DNA of 64,000 nucleotides from a virus (taxonomy: Duplodnaviria > Caudoviricetes). The stretch spans positions 25,388 to 89,387 of IMG/VR virus record IMGVR_UViG_3300028833_000118; one strand, written 5' to 3'. This document shows, piece by piece, positions 36,939-46,634 of the stretch. The notes under the pieces were generated by a model. The model worked only from the letters and a program-made list of their open reading frames with translations. It was not told the DNA's origin and ran no database searches. Numbering within the stretch: the stretch's first letter is position 1; each line of letters opens with the position of its first letter. The position numbers were made by a program, and so were the translations under genes.

Positions 36939-37247
36939 TCATTCCAACATCTTATATAAAGTGCCTGTCTTGTTTGGTCTGCGGCACCCACAGAATGGCA
37001 CTTACACGGCACAAGACAACCGTTTCCGTACACGCCGACAACCTCTGTACGGTGAGGCTTTATCCTCAAAGACCTCCGAACAACTTTGAGGCACTTGTAG
37101 CGGAAGGTGTATCCGGGCCGCACAGTAGCCCTTCGTCTCCACGTCCAGACCTACGGTTTACGCTGTTTTAAGGTATCATCCGATTATTAATTTCTCCCAC
37201 CCCATAGGGCACAGCGGCAGGTTTTTCTTGAAATCATCAACACTTCT

Positions 37248-37664
37248 TCATGCCACTCGCACCAGACCGGCACCAGATCCGAGCCGAAAACCGATACTGC
37301 CAAACTCAGAACAATCCGGCATATCATAATTGATCGTGTACGTCATAACGATCTTGTCCTTGATATCCTCATGATCCATCTCCCACTCTTCGGGATAATC
37401 GCTCACATAGAGTAAACTGTCCATCTTCCCGAACGAGGTGAACGCCCGAACGACCATATACACCAGAGCATTATTCTCTTTCTCAAACTCCTTGATCTTC
37501 TCAGCAAGCTCCGGCTCAGGATCATACACGGCCCCAAACGGAGGCTCATTCACAAACACCTTGTTCTGGCGGCGAAACGCCTCTTTCGCGCGGCCCCAAT
37601 ATCCGAGCTCCTTCATACGCCCGATAGCTTCAACCTTTTTCTCTTCACGGCTCACATTCATCAT
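37248..37664 (-). CDS. Hypothetical protein
   Basis: Tiles; CSEFGSIG. Confidence 0.8.
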   Translation of the reverse strand: MMNVSREEKKVEAIGRMKELGYWGRAKEAFRRQNKVFVNEPPFGAVYDPEPELAEKIKEFEKENNALVYMVVRAFTSFGKMDSLLYVSDYPEEWEMDHEDIKDKIVMTYTINYDMPDCSEFGSIGFRLGSGAGLVRVA

Positions 37665-37675
37665 TCAACCCCTCC

Positions 37676-37939
37676 TCAATGTTCGGTTCCATATCCGACA
37701 ACTCTTTCTCCATCTCCGACAATGACCATCTTCAACGGATCTTTTACATCATGCCACTTCCCATAGAACGAAACCTCGACCGGCGCTTCCCCGAATCCAT
37801 TGATCTTCCACAGATCGATCCCGATTCCGCCGGGGACACAATCAGCCATGTCCATCATTCCGAAAATCTCATTTTCCGTCATCACCCGGGAGAACTCTTC
37901 ATCATCCTCACCATAGATTCCATTCACTAAATACCTCAT
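37676..37939 (-). CDS. Hypothetical protein
   Basis: RBS GAGGTG. Confidence 0.75.
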   Translation of the reverse strand: MRYLVNGIYGEDDEEFSRVMTENEIFGMMDMADCVPGGIGIDLWKINGFGEAPVEVSFYGKWHDVKDPLKMVIVGDGERVVGYGTEH

Positions 37940-38063
37940 TCTCCCACCTCACTTTCATTTCACAGGGGACGGGGCGTGAGTCCGTTCGCGCCGCTGGCCT
38001 AATGGGGAATGCGTTTCCCGTCCCCTACGCTCTGAATTATATAGGTTTTCCAACCTTATTTCA

Positions 38064-38089
38064 ATTGACATTGTACACGTATTTTCGTG
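38064..38089 (-). promoter_or_regulatory. Motif B promoter/operator
   Basis: ATTGAC-ATTGTA-CACG-TATTTT-CGTG; TACAAT -10 box on the - strand. Confidence 0.6.
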
Positions 38090-38114
38090 ACCATTTTCGT
38101 TTACGTTGAACGTC

Positions 38115-38318
38115 TTACCTCCAATTCTTCACGATCTTAGAAACTTCAAGGACCTCATAATCTTCGGCATCATGGCTATGCCACTCCCTCACACGATCAA
38201 CCGCATGCTGAGTATTCATTGCCCAAACATACTCATCATAATTGTTCATCCCCGAATCCTGACCATACACACGATACTGCTTGAGGGCATTCATTTCTTT
38301 TTCCATCTTATTCATCAC
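38115..38318 (-). CDS. Hypothetical protein
   Basis: Tiles. Confidence 0.65.
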   Translation of the reverse strand: MMNKMEKEMNALKQYRVYGQDSGMNNYDEYVWAMNTQHAVDRVREWHSHDAEDYEVLEVSKIVKNWR

Positions 38319-39178
38319 TCCACCTCTCCAAGAATGAACTCCACAGCCTTATCTGCCTTACCCGCCGCTGCAACGATCAGGGTTGGATCACCCTTGATCG
38401 CCTTTGTCCATCCATCCAGATAGGCGGCAGAATTCCGAAAACTGTACTTGCTCTCGACTCCACATTTTCCACAAAGAGCAGCCGCACCGAGCTCGGCAAT
38501 CAGCTCTTCCTTTCCATAATCCTCGCCACCGAACGCCGCCACAAGGCCGCTCTCTTTGAAACGTCCCAGGCGGCTCCAATGTCCGGTCGAATGCGTCATT
38601 TCATGAAACAGAGTCGAATAGAACTCTTCGATCTTCTCAAACTGTTCCTTCGCCGGAACAACGATCATATCCTCACTCGGACGGTAGAACGCCCGATTAC
38701 TCACATCCTCACGCTTGATCGTAAGACCCGGATTGGCCTCGCAATATCCTCGAATCACATCTTCCGCATCTTTGACCGTCTCATGAACGAAACGAGTATC
38801 ATCATCATTGAGGTACTTCTTTTTCATTCCCTCACAATCATTCAGATTGAAAACCCGATAATACCGCAGAACGAAATGTACCTTCTCGACCTCTTCCCCA
38901 TCGGCATTGATCTCTTTTTTCTTGAACGGAGACCAATACACGACAACCTTGCTCTTTGCTCCCTTCTTCACCTTTCCACCCTCATCGGTGATCTGCTTAA
39001 ACGTCGCATACTCACCGGGCTTCCCGAGCATCAGGCAATTCAACAGACTATAATGCTTACCGGTCGTATGACTCACAAACCGATCCGACCCAAACCACGG
39101 CTGACTCCACGGAGCAACGCCATTTTCGAGTTCTTCCAGGACACGATCCGCTACCATCTGACAGATTTTCTTGTTCAT
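38315..39178 (-). CDS. ardC: ArdC-family antirestriction protein (ssDNA-binding domain plus zincin-like domain)
   Basis: PWSQPW, YSLLN, YATFKQI...GGKVKKGAKS, YYxVFN-like YYRVFN, FHEMTHSTG, EELIAELGAA. Confidence 0.92.
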   Translation of the reverse strand: MNKKICQMVADRVLEELENGVAPWSQPWFGSDRFVSHTTGKHYSLLNCLMLGKPGEYATFKQITDEGGKVKKGAKSKVVVYWSPFKKKEINADGEEVEKVHFVLRYYRVFNLNDCEGMKKKYLNDDDTRFVHETVKDAEDVIRGYCEANPGLTIKREDVSNRAFYRPSEDMIVVPAKEQFEKIEEFYSTLFHEMTHSTGHWSRLGRFKESGLVAAFGGEDYGKEELIAELGAAALCGKCGVESKYSFRNSAAYLDGWTKAIKGDPTLIVAAAGKADKAVEFILGEVE

Positions 39179-39351
39179 TCCACACCCTCCATTTTGCATT
39201 CATAAACCCACTTTACTCACATCAACTTCGTGACAACAAAAAAGCATCACTTGACGCTCTAAATATACATCAACTCCAACTCTTTTTCAATCGTAATACT
39301 GCACGAAATATCGTGTTCTTTTTCGTTTAACTCGACAACGATTCTCTCCAT

Positions 39352-39379
39352 TGCCTTTTAAAACAAAATATGCTATAAT
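39352..39379 (+). promoter_or_regulatory. Sigma-A-type promoter of the HTH gene
   Basis: TTGCCT-17-TATAAT with TG extension. Confidence 0.6.
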
Positions 39380-39411
39380 TCGCGTGTATATTTTTAGAAA
39401 GGAGAATTTAC

Positions 39412-39627
39412 ATGCCCTTACGTTGGCGGGTCAACCCTTTACAACTTCTGAAAGACAGCGGCTATACGACATATCGAATTCGCAAAGAAAACTTATTTGC
39501 TCAATCAACCGTCGGCAAACTTCTTAAAGAAGAACCGATCTCTTGGCAAGAACTTGAGAAGGTTTGCAAATACACCGGTAAGAACCCCGGTAAACTAATT
39601 GAATATGTGGAAGATCGCCCTGAATGA
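39412..39627 (+). CDS. Cro/C1-type HTH regulator
   Basis: LLKDSGYTTYRIRKE...STVGKL...LEKVCKYTGKNPGKLIEY; RBS AAAGGAG. Confidence 0.85.
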   Translation: MPLRWRVNPLQLLKDSGYTTYRIRKENLFAQSTVGKLLKEEPISWQELEKVCKYTGKNPGKLIEYVEDRPE

Positions 39628-39647
39628 CCTCCAATTCAGGACGGTCT

Positions 39648-40115
39648 TTATTTTATATCCCAATTTCTCCCCATCCACTCTATTGCTCGATTATGTGCCC
39701 TATACATCCTTCTATCAAAACTATCCTGTTTCTTCGCATATTCCTTGTGTTTACCATATATTTTAAACCGAATCTCACTCCACTCCATCCCGAACAGATA
39801 CCGGCACTTGATTACTTCCTTATCTTCATCCTTTTTTATACGCCGGGTGAGATTCACCAATGCCTCACGATCTCTTTCATGTAATTCCAATCGTCTTTCC
39901 ATATTCCCTTCCAACCGTTCCAACTGTATCACATAATCACACATCGGATCGTCAGATCCTTTTCCCTTCGGCATATCTGTAATTTCCTTCGCCCTTATGC
40001 TCGTCGCGCTTCCTCTTAATTCCCTCACACGATCTATCAACTCATCTAATTCACTTTCTTCTCTCCTATACCCTTCAAGCCATTCTCTGACCGCATCTCC
40101 CTGTGAACTGTACAT
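39648..40115 (-). CDS. ArpU/RinA-like transcriptional activator
   Basis: VREWLEGYR...VIKCRYLFGMEWSEI...RAHNRAI. Confidence 0.75.
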   Translation of the reverse strand: MYSSQGDAVREWLEGYRREESELDELIDRVRELRGSATSIRAKEITDMPKGKGSDDPMCDYVIQLERLEGNMERRLELHERDREALVNLTRRIKKDEDKEVIKCRYLFGMEWSEIRFKIYGKHKEYAKKQDSFDRRMYRAHNRAIEWMGRNWDIK

Positions 40116-40123
40116 TATTCACC

Positions 40124-40441
40124 TCAAATGTAAGATTTCCCGAATCTCTCCCGAAAATCATCCACCGTCCATCGGTAATAATCCATCGCAATCTTTTGGA
40201 CTCTCTCTTTTACCTCACGATCCACGCTCCCTCCTCTATGGTGCAACTCATCATGACAATCATCACACAAAAGGACCCAACATCCCAACCTCTTACTTTT
40301 GTCTCTATAAGCCCCATGAAACGCCTCATGTCTATCCAACTTTCTATCCCTTCGACCACATACGAAACATCTATCCTGATCCCCTACGATTGACGGCGCA
40401 TAATGGTTGGCATCTAACTTAATCCCATACTCATTTACCAT
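40124..40441 (-). CDS. HNH-like Zn-binding protein
   Basis: CFVCG...RHEAFHG...LLCDDCHDELH. Confidence 0.7.
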   Translation of the reverse strand: MVNEYGIKLDANHYAPSIVGDQDRCFVCGRRDRKLDRHEAFHGAYRDKSKRLGCWVLLCDDCHDELHHRGGSVDREVKERVQKIAMDYYRWTVDDFRERFGKSYI

Positions 40442-40929
40442 CCGTCACCCTCTGCCAATTCCGTCACATATATTTCAACTCTTTCTCTTTCTCCATAGAA
40501 CTTTCTGGCCGACACCTCCACAACCTGAGCATCATCGATCCATATTACGCCATTTCCAGAATCCAACACCGCTTTCATGAGATTATCAACATCTCCATTT
40601 GCCCTCTTCATCGGCCTGATTTCTCCACCGATCATCTCCCAATATTTCTTCTTCGTTGTGCTTTTCGGCGGCTTGAAATAGAAATCCGCAACCACACGCA
40701 GCGGCGAATCCTTTGGGAACATATAATCATGATATTCCTTCTTGTACATCAACGCGACAAGCTCTTCATACGCATGGGTCTTTTCAGGCGTATAGATCGC
40801 CCCATTCCCGAACCTCGGCCTCGCCTTTGCCACAGGCTTTCCCGGCACAACGAACCTCACTTCTTTAAGCTCTCTAAACCCTCCATTTTCCATTTTCTCT
40901 TTGGCAATATCCTTACCCTCTGTATTCAT
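40435..40929 (-). CDS. rusA: RusA Holliday junction resolvase
   Basis: PGKPVAKARPR, DVDNLMKAVLD, WIDDAQVV. Confidence 0.9.
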   Translation of the reverse strand: MNTEGKDIAKEKMENGGFRELKEVRFVVPGKPVAKARPRFGNGAIYTPEKTHAYEELVALMYKKEYHDYMFPKDSPLRVVADFYFKPPKSTTKKKYWEMIGGEIRPMKRANGDVDNLMKAVLDSGNGVIWIDDAQVVEVSARKFYGERERVEIYVTELAEGDGW

Positions 40930-41094
40930 AAAAAAACGAATTTGCCCCCTTACGGCTTCTCTGAGCCGTTATTACTTGATATGAGGTCTTTTATCTTGCT
41001 AAGAATAAACAACTCGGCATCATAAATCCATATCTCTACCTTCAAAACGAAAACGCGGATGTCTGTGTACAGAATAAATAACCTCAGCTCAAGC

Positions 41095-41888
41095 TCACTC
41101 ATGCTCCAATCCTCTCATTCTCCAATTTTCCATCCCGGTCGTCCGAATATACGTCTGTCTTCTCTCATAGATTCTCGAACCGATTGCTTGGTCCAACTCC
41201 AAAATATCTTCGATTGTTTTTTCTGACGAAATGATCGTCAACAGATTCTTGTTATTATATCTCGCATTGATAATATCGAACGCAAGATTGATATCTCCAT
41301 CCGTGACCGTCTTACTCTTGAAAAAATCGTCAATATAAAGAACTCTGACCATCTTATACGGTCTTACCTTCTCTTCATATTCCATCGTTCCTGCGCTTGC
41401 CTTTAAAACAGGGGCCTCAGACCTCCACTGGAAATACCGAACATCATACCCCTTTTTTATCAAACTCCCACAGATCGCCGTACACAGATGAGTTTTTCCC
41501 GTCCCCGGGCTCCCGGTCATAATCAACCATCCATACGGATTCTCAGCATACTCTTTACATTTTTCCAACGCCGTCTTTTGCCACAATTCATCGGTCTGAA
41601 AATTGGCAAATGTATACCTCGAAATCACATCCTCCAAACCTGACTCCATCATTCTCTTCATCGCCCTTCTCTTTCCAATACACGAGCATTCCTTCATGAC
41701 GATCTTTCCATTTTCCAGAACCGCATAATCTCCACGATTCAAACACTTCGGACAATCATAATATTTCAGACTTCCCACACGGCCGTTGATGGCCTTTATC
41801 TTTTCCTGCTCGAACTCTTCATCCGACGTCGGCGTCAATTCTCCAGCGAGGCTTAGGAGTTTCCCCATTAGATCCTTGATTTCCACCA
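41095..41888 (-). CDS. DnaC/IstB-like helicase-loader ATPase
   Basis: CPKC...CSC Zn motif, TGSPGTGKTHL, LYIDDF, ARYN, SRIYE. Confidence 0.9.
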
Positions 41889-42712
41889 TTTCTCCCACTT
41901 TGCTCCCCCCTATTATCATAATTTCCATCCAATGTTTTTGCCATATTACTATCGCAGATCAGCCAATCGAAGTTTGCCATCCAATTTCTTTCATTCTTCC
42001 CTTTGAGAAAATCAGACTTCTCCGCATTTTCAAACAACCTCTTGAAATCATCCACAGAATATGTGTTCATTCTTGCCCTGATCGCTTTTTTTCTCGCATC
42101 TGACACGGCCCTTACCTTCGGGAACGAAACACAGATCTCATTGTACATATCAACAATCTCCTGCACCCCCACCTTTTTTGCAACCGGCCTTTCCTCTTCT
42201 TCCCCCACACCCCTATTATCTTCTTCTATATCTTTATAAGGAAAAGAATAATTAAAAGGAAAGGAAAGGAAAGATGTATCCATACCATATTGATACGGTA
42301 TCCATACCATATCTTTTTCTTCTCCACTATACCTCTGGTAGAGGGCATCAAGATATATCTTGAACTTTTCAGATTTAATGGAATCTATCTTTTTCCTAAG
42401 AGCAACCAAATACTTATCGCTTCTTGTCCAATGGTGCTTTCCCCACTTATGGATCAAGATTTCTTTCGTCTGCGGATCATAATCGATCATTCTATGGTAC
42501 TCGACAAATCGCTCAATCAAACGCTCTACCGTATCTTTTGTATACCCCATCTCATCCGCGATCTGTTTAAGGCTAACCTCAAAACACCCCGATATATTCC
42601 CATGCGGAGATGTTAACAAATACAAATAAAAATACTTATCCTCCGGCGTGAAATTATCTATAACATCTGCATCCGACCAAAATGCCGCATCAACCGAAAA
42701 ATACGTTCCCAC
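41819..42712 (-). CDS. Phage replication initiator
   Basis: N-terminal wHTH YLYLLTSPHGNISGCF; C-terminal WMANFDWL...LDGNY; directly upstream of the loader. Confidence 0.8.
   Translation of the reverse strand: MGTYFSVDAAFWSDADVIDNFTPEDKYFYLYLLTSPHGNISGCFEVSLKQIADEMGYTKDTVERLIERFVEYHRMIDYDPQTKEILIHKWGKHHWTRSDKYLVALRKKIDSIKSEKFKIYLDALYQRYSGEEKDMVWIPYQYGMDTSFLSFPFNYSFPYKDIEEDNRGVGEEEERPVAKKVGVQEIVDMYNEICVSFPKVRAVSDARKKAIRARMNTYSVDDFKRLFENAEKSDFLKGKNERNWMANFDWLICDSNMAKTLDGNYDNRGEQSGRNGGNQGSNGETPKPRWRIDADVG
42276..42312. repeat. Putative origin iterons (2 x GTATCCATACCATAT, 22-bp period)
   Basis: Exact 15-bp direct repeat inside the initiator gene next to an A-rich tract. Confidence 0.6.
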
Positions 42713-42849
42713 TACATTATCCCTCCCTATAATTTACTCAAAGGGGACACTCTTTATTCACATCAATTACTGACTAAAAAAAGAATGCCCCCTCCGACTC
42801 TCACATCATAACGTAATCATTTACATAATGTCAATGAGATTCTTCACTT

Positions 42850-43182
42850 TTATTCCTCGGCCTTACGTTTCTGACCGAAATAGATCCGATCCACCACGAA
42901 CTCAGTCTTACGCTGACGGTTCCCATTAGAATCCTCATAGGTATGCACCTGAGCCCGAGCGTTCGCTACCGTTGCAAGATCTCCCTTGTGGAAATACTTC
43001 TGCACGAATTCAGCCGTACCTCTCCACGCGATGAAATCCAGAAAATCGGTCTCATACTCACCATTCTCAAGCTTCTGGTCACGGTCCACCGCGAGCGTAA
43101 ATACGCACCGAGCCACACCATCATTCTGGAAAAACTTAGGTTCACTTGCAAACCGTCCAGAAAACACACACATGTTCAGCAT
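42850..43182 (-). CDS. ssb: Second SSB lacking an acidic tail
   Basis: MLNMCVFSGRF, FTLAVDRD, DFLDFIAWRGTAEFV; ends FGQKRKAEE. Confidence 0.85.
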   Translation of the reverse strand: MLNMCVFSGRFASEPKFFQNDGVARCVFTLAVDRDQKLENGEYETDFLDFIAWRGTAEFVQKYFHKGDLATVANARAQVHTYEDSNGNRQRKTEFVVDRIYFGQKRKAEE

Positions 43183-43198
43183 TAATAATTATCCTCCA

Positions 43199-43495
43199 TC
43201 AAATATAATATTCTCCATACTGGACTTGCTTACCAAATCGATTCTTACCATACCTCATTATCATCTTGATATTCATGTACGGCTCAATCTTATATCGCAA
43301 TTTGTAAATCACCGCAGATAACCGGGTGATTCCATAGAGGCTATTTGCCTCCGCCTGCGTGATACTCCCATACTTCTCCAGATGGTTTCTCACCTTTGTT
43401 GTCTCCGGCAACAGATTTTCCACCTTTTCAGTCTCGAAATCCTGATACCGAACGACCTTCGCCTGTTTCATATCAACTACGCTTACCATCTTCAC
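43199..43495 (-). CDS. Winged-HTH protein
   Basis: LEKYGSITQAEA...GITRLSAVIYKLR. Confidence 0.75.
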   Translation of the reverse strand: MKMVSVVDMKQAKVVRYQDFETEKVENLLPETTKVRNHLEKYGSITQAEANSLYGITRLSAVIYKLRYKIEPYMNIKMIMRYGKNRFGKQVQYGEYYI

Positions 43496-44003
43496 ATTCC
43501 TCCATCAAACTCTCCCACCAGATTGCCCTATCCGGCGTATCTGTGTCGATTCCTAACTGTTCCGCCTCAAAAATCAGATTGTCGATCAAAGATGCCATCT
43601 GATCCCTATTAAATGTAGACGATCCATAATACGCTATGACATTCGATCTTCCATCTCCATTCTCTATTACCTCCGTTTGCCACCCCAATCCTTGAGAGGC
43701 CCATTGTTTGCAGAACCTGTCAACCGCCTCATCAATCATCAAGAAAATGTCCGACACTCCGCCAATCTCTTTAATCTCATTCCTATATACCTCTTCCTTC
43801 GTCAACCCGGTCTCTTTTGCAATTCGATCCACCAACACCCACATATACCGATTGGCAGCTCCACTTCTTTTTGGCTTCCACGCCTTTACATCGATATTTA
43901 CATCCTTGTCTCTGTACTTGTCATACGTCAAGGAGAAATCCGATTCAAAATCAATTATCGCCCTGTTCGTCTGATAATGATATTCGATGATTTTTGCCTT
44001 CAT
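43473..44003 (-). CDS. NinB/Orf-like recombination protein
   Basis: KRSGAANRYMWVL...SSTFNRDQMASLID. Confidence 0.7.
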   Translation of the reverse strand: MKAKIIEYHYQTNRAIIDFESDFSLTYDKYRDKDVNIDVKAWKPKRSGAANRYMWVLVDRIAKETGLTKEEVYRNEIKEIGGVSDIFLMIDEAVDRFCKQWASQGLGWQTEVIENGDGRSNVIAYYGSSTFNRDQMASLIDNLIFEAEQLGIDTDTPDRAIWWESLMEECEDGKRS

Positions 44004-44646
44004 CTTTCCCCCGATCTACGTGTTGATGCAGATAGATGTACTCAGATCTCGGCCCCATATTTTTATAAAGCCAATCATTTACCCTATGCTCCGACAGGTG
44101 GTTCTTCATAACCCGGATCTCATAGGCATACTCTCCACTCTCCATCTTCGCATCCAACCGGGCCTTCAACTCATCATCATTGTAATTCTTCTCGACCATA
44201 TACAAATCATATTGAGGTGCCGTAATACCCTTCAATGACCTCGTATCCGTGGCATAGAAAACCTTCCCATTCGGGAAATGGAGCTTATACCCATAGTTCG
44301 GCACATCATGGTACAGTGGGAACGGAATCACATTACAGATCCCGAAATTATAAATTAATCTCGGCTCCAACACGATAATCTGATTCTTATTTACCCCGGC
44401 ATCCACAAGATGCTTTACCAAAAAAGGCCCACAACCGATCTTCAACAATGGCTTTTCCAAGGCCATCCTCCGAATCGTCGATGCTTTAAAATGATCCGAA
44501 TGAACATGGGTCAACAGCAACAACTTGATCCGATCCATGTACGGTTCCACGTTTTTATAGGGAATTCCGGCATCAATCGCCACGTTTTTCCCCACGATGC
44601 AGAAATTCCCGGTACTCCCCGTAGCTATTACCTCGGCACTTACCAA
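43951..44646 (-). CDS. MBL-fold metallo-hydrolase (probable exonuclease partner of RecT)
   Basis: STGN, IDAG, LTHVHSDH, YATDT, KNHLS; adjacent to recT. Confidence 0.88.
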   Translation of the reverse strand: MVSAEVIATGSTGNFCIVGKNVAIDAGIPYKNVEPYMDRIKLLLLTHVHSDHFKASTIRRMALEKPLLKIGCGPFLVKHLVDAGVNKNQIIVLEPRLIYNFGICNVIPFPLYHDVPNYGYKLHFPNGKVFYATDTRSLKGITAPQYDLYMVEKNYNDDELKARLDAKMESGEYAYEIRVMKNHLSEHRVNDWLYKNMGPRSEYIYLHQHVDRGKDEGKNHRISLSDEQGDN

Positions 44647-44691
44647 TCAATCGCCTCCCTATTAAGATCCCTACCACCCACCCGTGTATAA

Positions 44692-45660
44692 TTAGAGCTT
44701 GTCTAAATCGACCTGACCACCGACACCAACGAACTCCGGCTGTACCACCTCGGCTACGGGCACTTCAACCAGATCCGAATTGTCCGTCACGATCTCATTT
44801 CCGATAACCCTCTGCACCGTATCATCCTTTGCCACAGCTGTCTGCATTTCAATAGAAGTCAGGCCCCACCGGCTGATTAGCTGACGCAACAGGGTTTTCT
44901 TCGCCATCCCGTCGAAATCGGCATACCAATAGGAACTGTACTTCCACATCTCATTCTCGGGGATCTCACCATTGATATACTTCTCATACTCTTTGGCGGA
45001 GAACGCCTGAGAATACTTGTCAGCATGTTTGAGCATCTTTTCCTTCGACCAATAGATCGTTTTCTTGAAACCATTAAGGTACTCAAAATACGCCATGTAA
45101 CCAATGACAGGAAGCTCTTCTCTCTTATCATCATCCTCGATGAAACAGAACGTCGGTTTTCCGGTATTCTTATCTTTTCCAAGATACTCACCCTGCCGAA
45201 TCTCCATCACATCCAGGTCGGCATACTGTCCCGTCCGAATTGCAAGAGTCACAAGCCCCTTCCAACCGATAACGAATGTCGCCCGACTCTCTGTTTCGGC
45301 AATCCAACGCCCCTTCTCATCCTTGAGCTTATTCCCCTGCTCATCAGTCTTGTAGATTACCTTACCATCCGGCCCCTTGACCTTGATCTTGAACGGTACG
45401 AGGTAATACTGCCCCAACTGCGGAGACGGCGACAAATTCAAACTTTCGCCCAAAAGGGCACCCGCCAGAATTGACCCGGCATCGCACTCCTGCAACGCAG
45501 GAGTGACAGCCACCGCCGAACTGATCGCCGCCACAAATCGCCGCGCCCGATCAGGATCTCCCAACGTATTGTTGATGAGTTTCTGGTACGCCTCCGACTG
45601 AATTGCCACAGAAAACTTCGGCTTCTGTCTCAATCCCTGATTCACATTAGCAAGCCCCAT
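44692..45660 (-). CDS. recT: RecT single-strand annealing protein
   Basis: LNLSPSPQLGQYYLVPF, FVIGWKGLVTLAIRTG, MAKKTLLRQL. Confidence 0.92.
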   Translation of the reverse strand: MGLANVNQGLRQKPKFSVAIQSEAYQKLINNTLGDPDRARRFVAAISSAVAVTPALQECDAGSILAGALLGESLNLSPSPQLGQYYLVPFKIKVKGPDGKVIYKTDEQGNKLKDEKGRWIAETESRATFVIGWKGLVTLAIRTGQYADLDVMEIRQGEYLGKDKNTGKPTFCFIEDDDKREELPVIGYMAYFEYLNGFKKTIYWSKEKMLKHADKYSQAFSAKEYEKYINGEIPENEMWKYSSYWYADFDGMAKKTLLRQLISRWGLTSIEMQTAVAKDDTVQRVIGNEIVTDNSDLVEVPVAEVVQPEFVGVGGQVDLDKL

Positions 45661-46591
45661 ACTTCAAACCCTCCATTTCACAATATTCCATCAAGGCTTC
45701 CTGCATATATCCTTTGAGCCCTTTCAACTGCTCCAAGGTTCCAAAAATCTCATACCCAAGATACCGGGTGCTTAAAACTTGACTCTCAGTGCCCTCAGGC
45801 GACTTCTCATCAACTTCCGGTGACACCGAAACCACAGATACCGCCTCTGTAGAAATCGATTCAGGCTCATTCTGGGCCTCAATAGCCGCATCTACGATTT
45901 TTTCCTGCTCTTCTCTCTGCCGCCGAGCCTCTGCTTCGGCCTCCCGACGCTTTCGTTCCTCTTCGATCTTCTTATGACGCTCATTGACCATCCGAACGGC
46001 TTCGGTGACATTCAAACTTTCCCGATACTCTGCCAACACCTCATCGGCATTGTCTAATGTATCGATCATTGCGATATCACCCTTGATTCTATCAAGAAAT
46101 GCGCGAGCCTGTTCTTTCAGAGATTTCATTGTCCCTGAAAGCCCCACCTTGATTCCTGATTTGCTCGGATCTGCCAACGATGCATCCAGACCAAGGCTCT
46201 GCCGATATTCTTCATAATACGCCAAAAGTTCTTCCTGACGTTGCCTCTTGAGCCCACCTTCAACATCCTTGATGTTCCCATCCAACTGAGCGATAGATTC
46301 TCTATACTTATCCGCGAGTTTCTTATACGCTCCACTCTCGAACTTCTTATACGGTTCCTCTACCGCCTCTTTGACCTTTTTTCGCAGAGCTTCCAGATCC
46401 GAAAACTCTTTATTCAGGTCTGCCCTTGTCTTTTTGAGCTCCTTATAATTATCTTCCGTCACCACTAACGAGGACATGGCCTCAAGGCGATCCTGCACCA
46501 TCGCATACGCCTCATCCAATTTGTCCTCAATAACGGGCAACTGTTTGACAATTATGAGCTCTCCAGATCCTACGACTAACTTTTCTTCCAT
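45647..46591 (-). CDS. DUF1351-like coiled-coil protein
   Basis: VVTEDNYKELKKTRADLNK...LEALRKKVK; upstream of recT. Confidence 0.7.
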   Translation of the reverse strand: MEEKLVVGSGELIIVKQLPVIEDKLDEAYAMVQDRLEAMSSLVVTEDNYKELKKTRADLNKEFSDLEALRKKVKEAVEEPYKKFESGAYKKLADKYRESIAQLDGNIKDVEGGLKRQRQEELLAYYEEYRQSLGLDASLADPSKSGIKVGLSGTMKSLKEQARAFLDRIKGDIAMIDTLDNADEVLAEYRESLNVTEAVRMVNERHKKIEEERKRREAEAEARRQREEQEKIVDAAIEAQNEPESISTEAVSVVSVSPEVDEKSPEGTESQVLSTRYLGYEIFGTLEQLKGLKGYMQEALMEYCEMEGLKYGAC

Positions 46592-46634
46592 ACTTCCTAC
46601 CTTCCATTTTTATTTCCACTGTATTACAACCGTA

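Noticed and set aside
36448-37123. ORFs 36448-36753 and 36929-37123
   Set aside because: They overlap tRNA genes, lack an RBS and do not have the phage codon texture.
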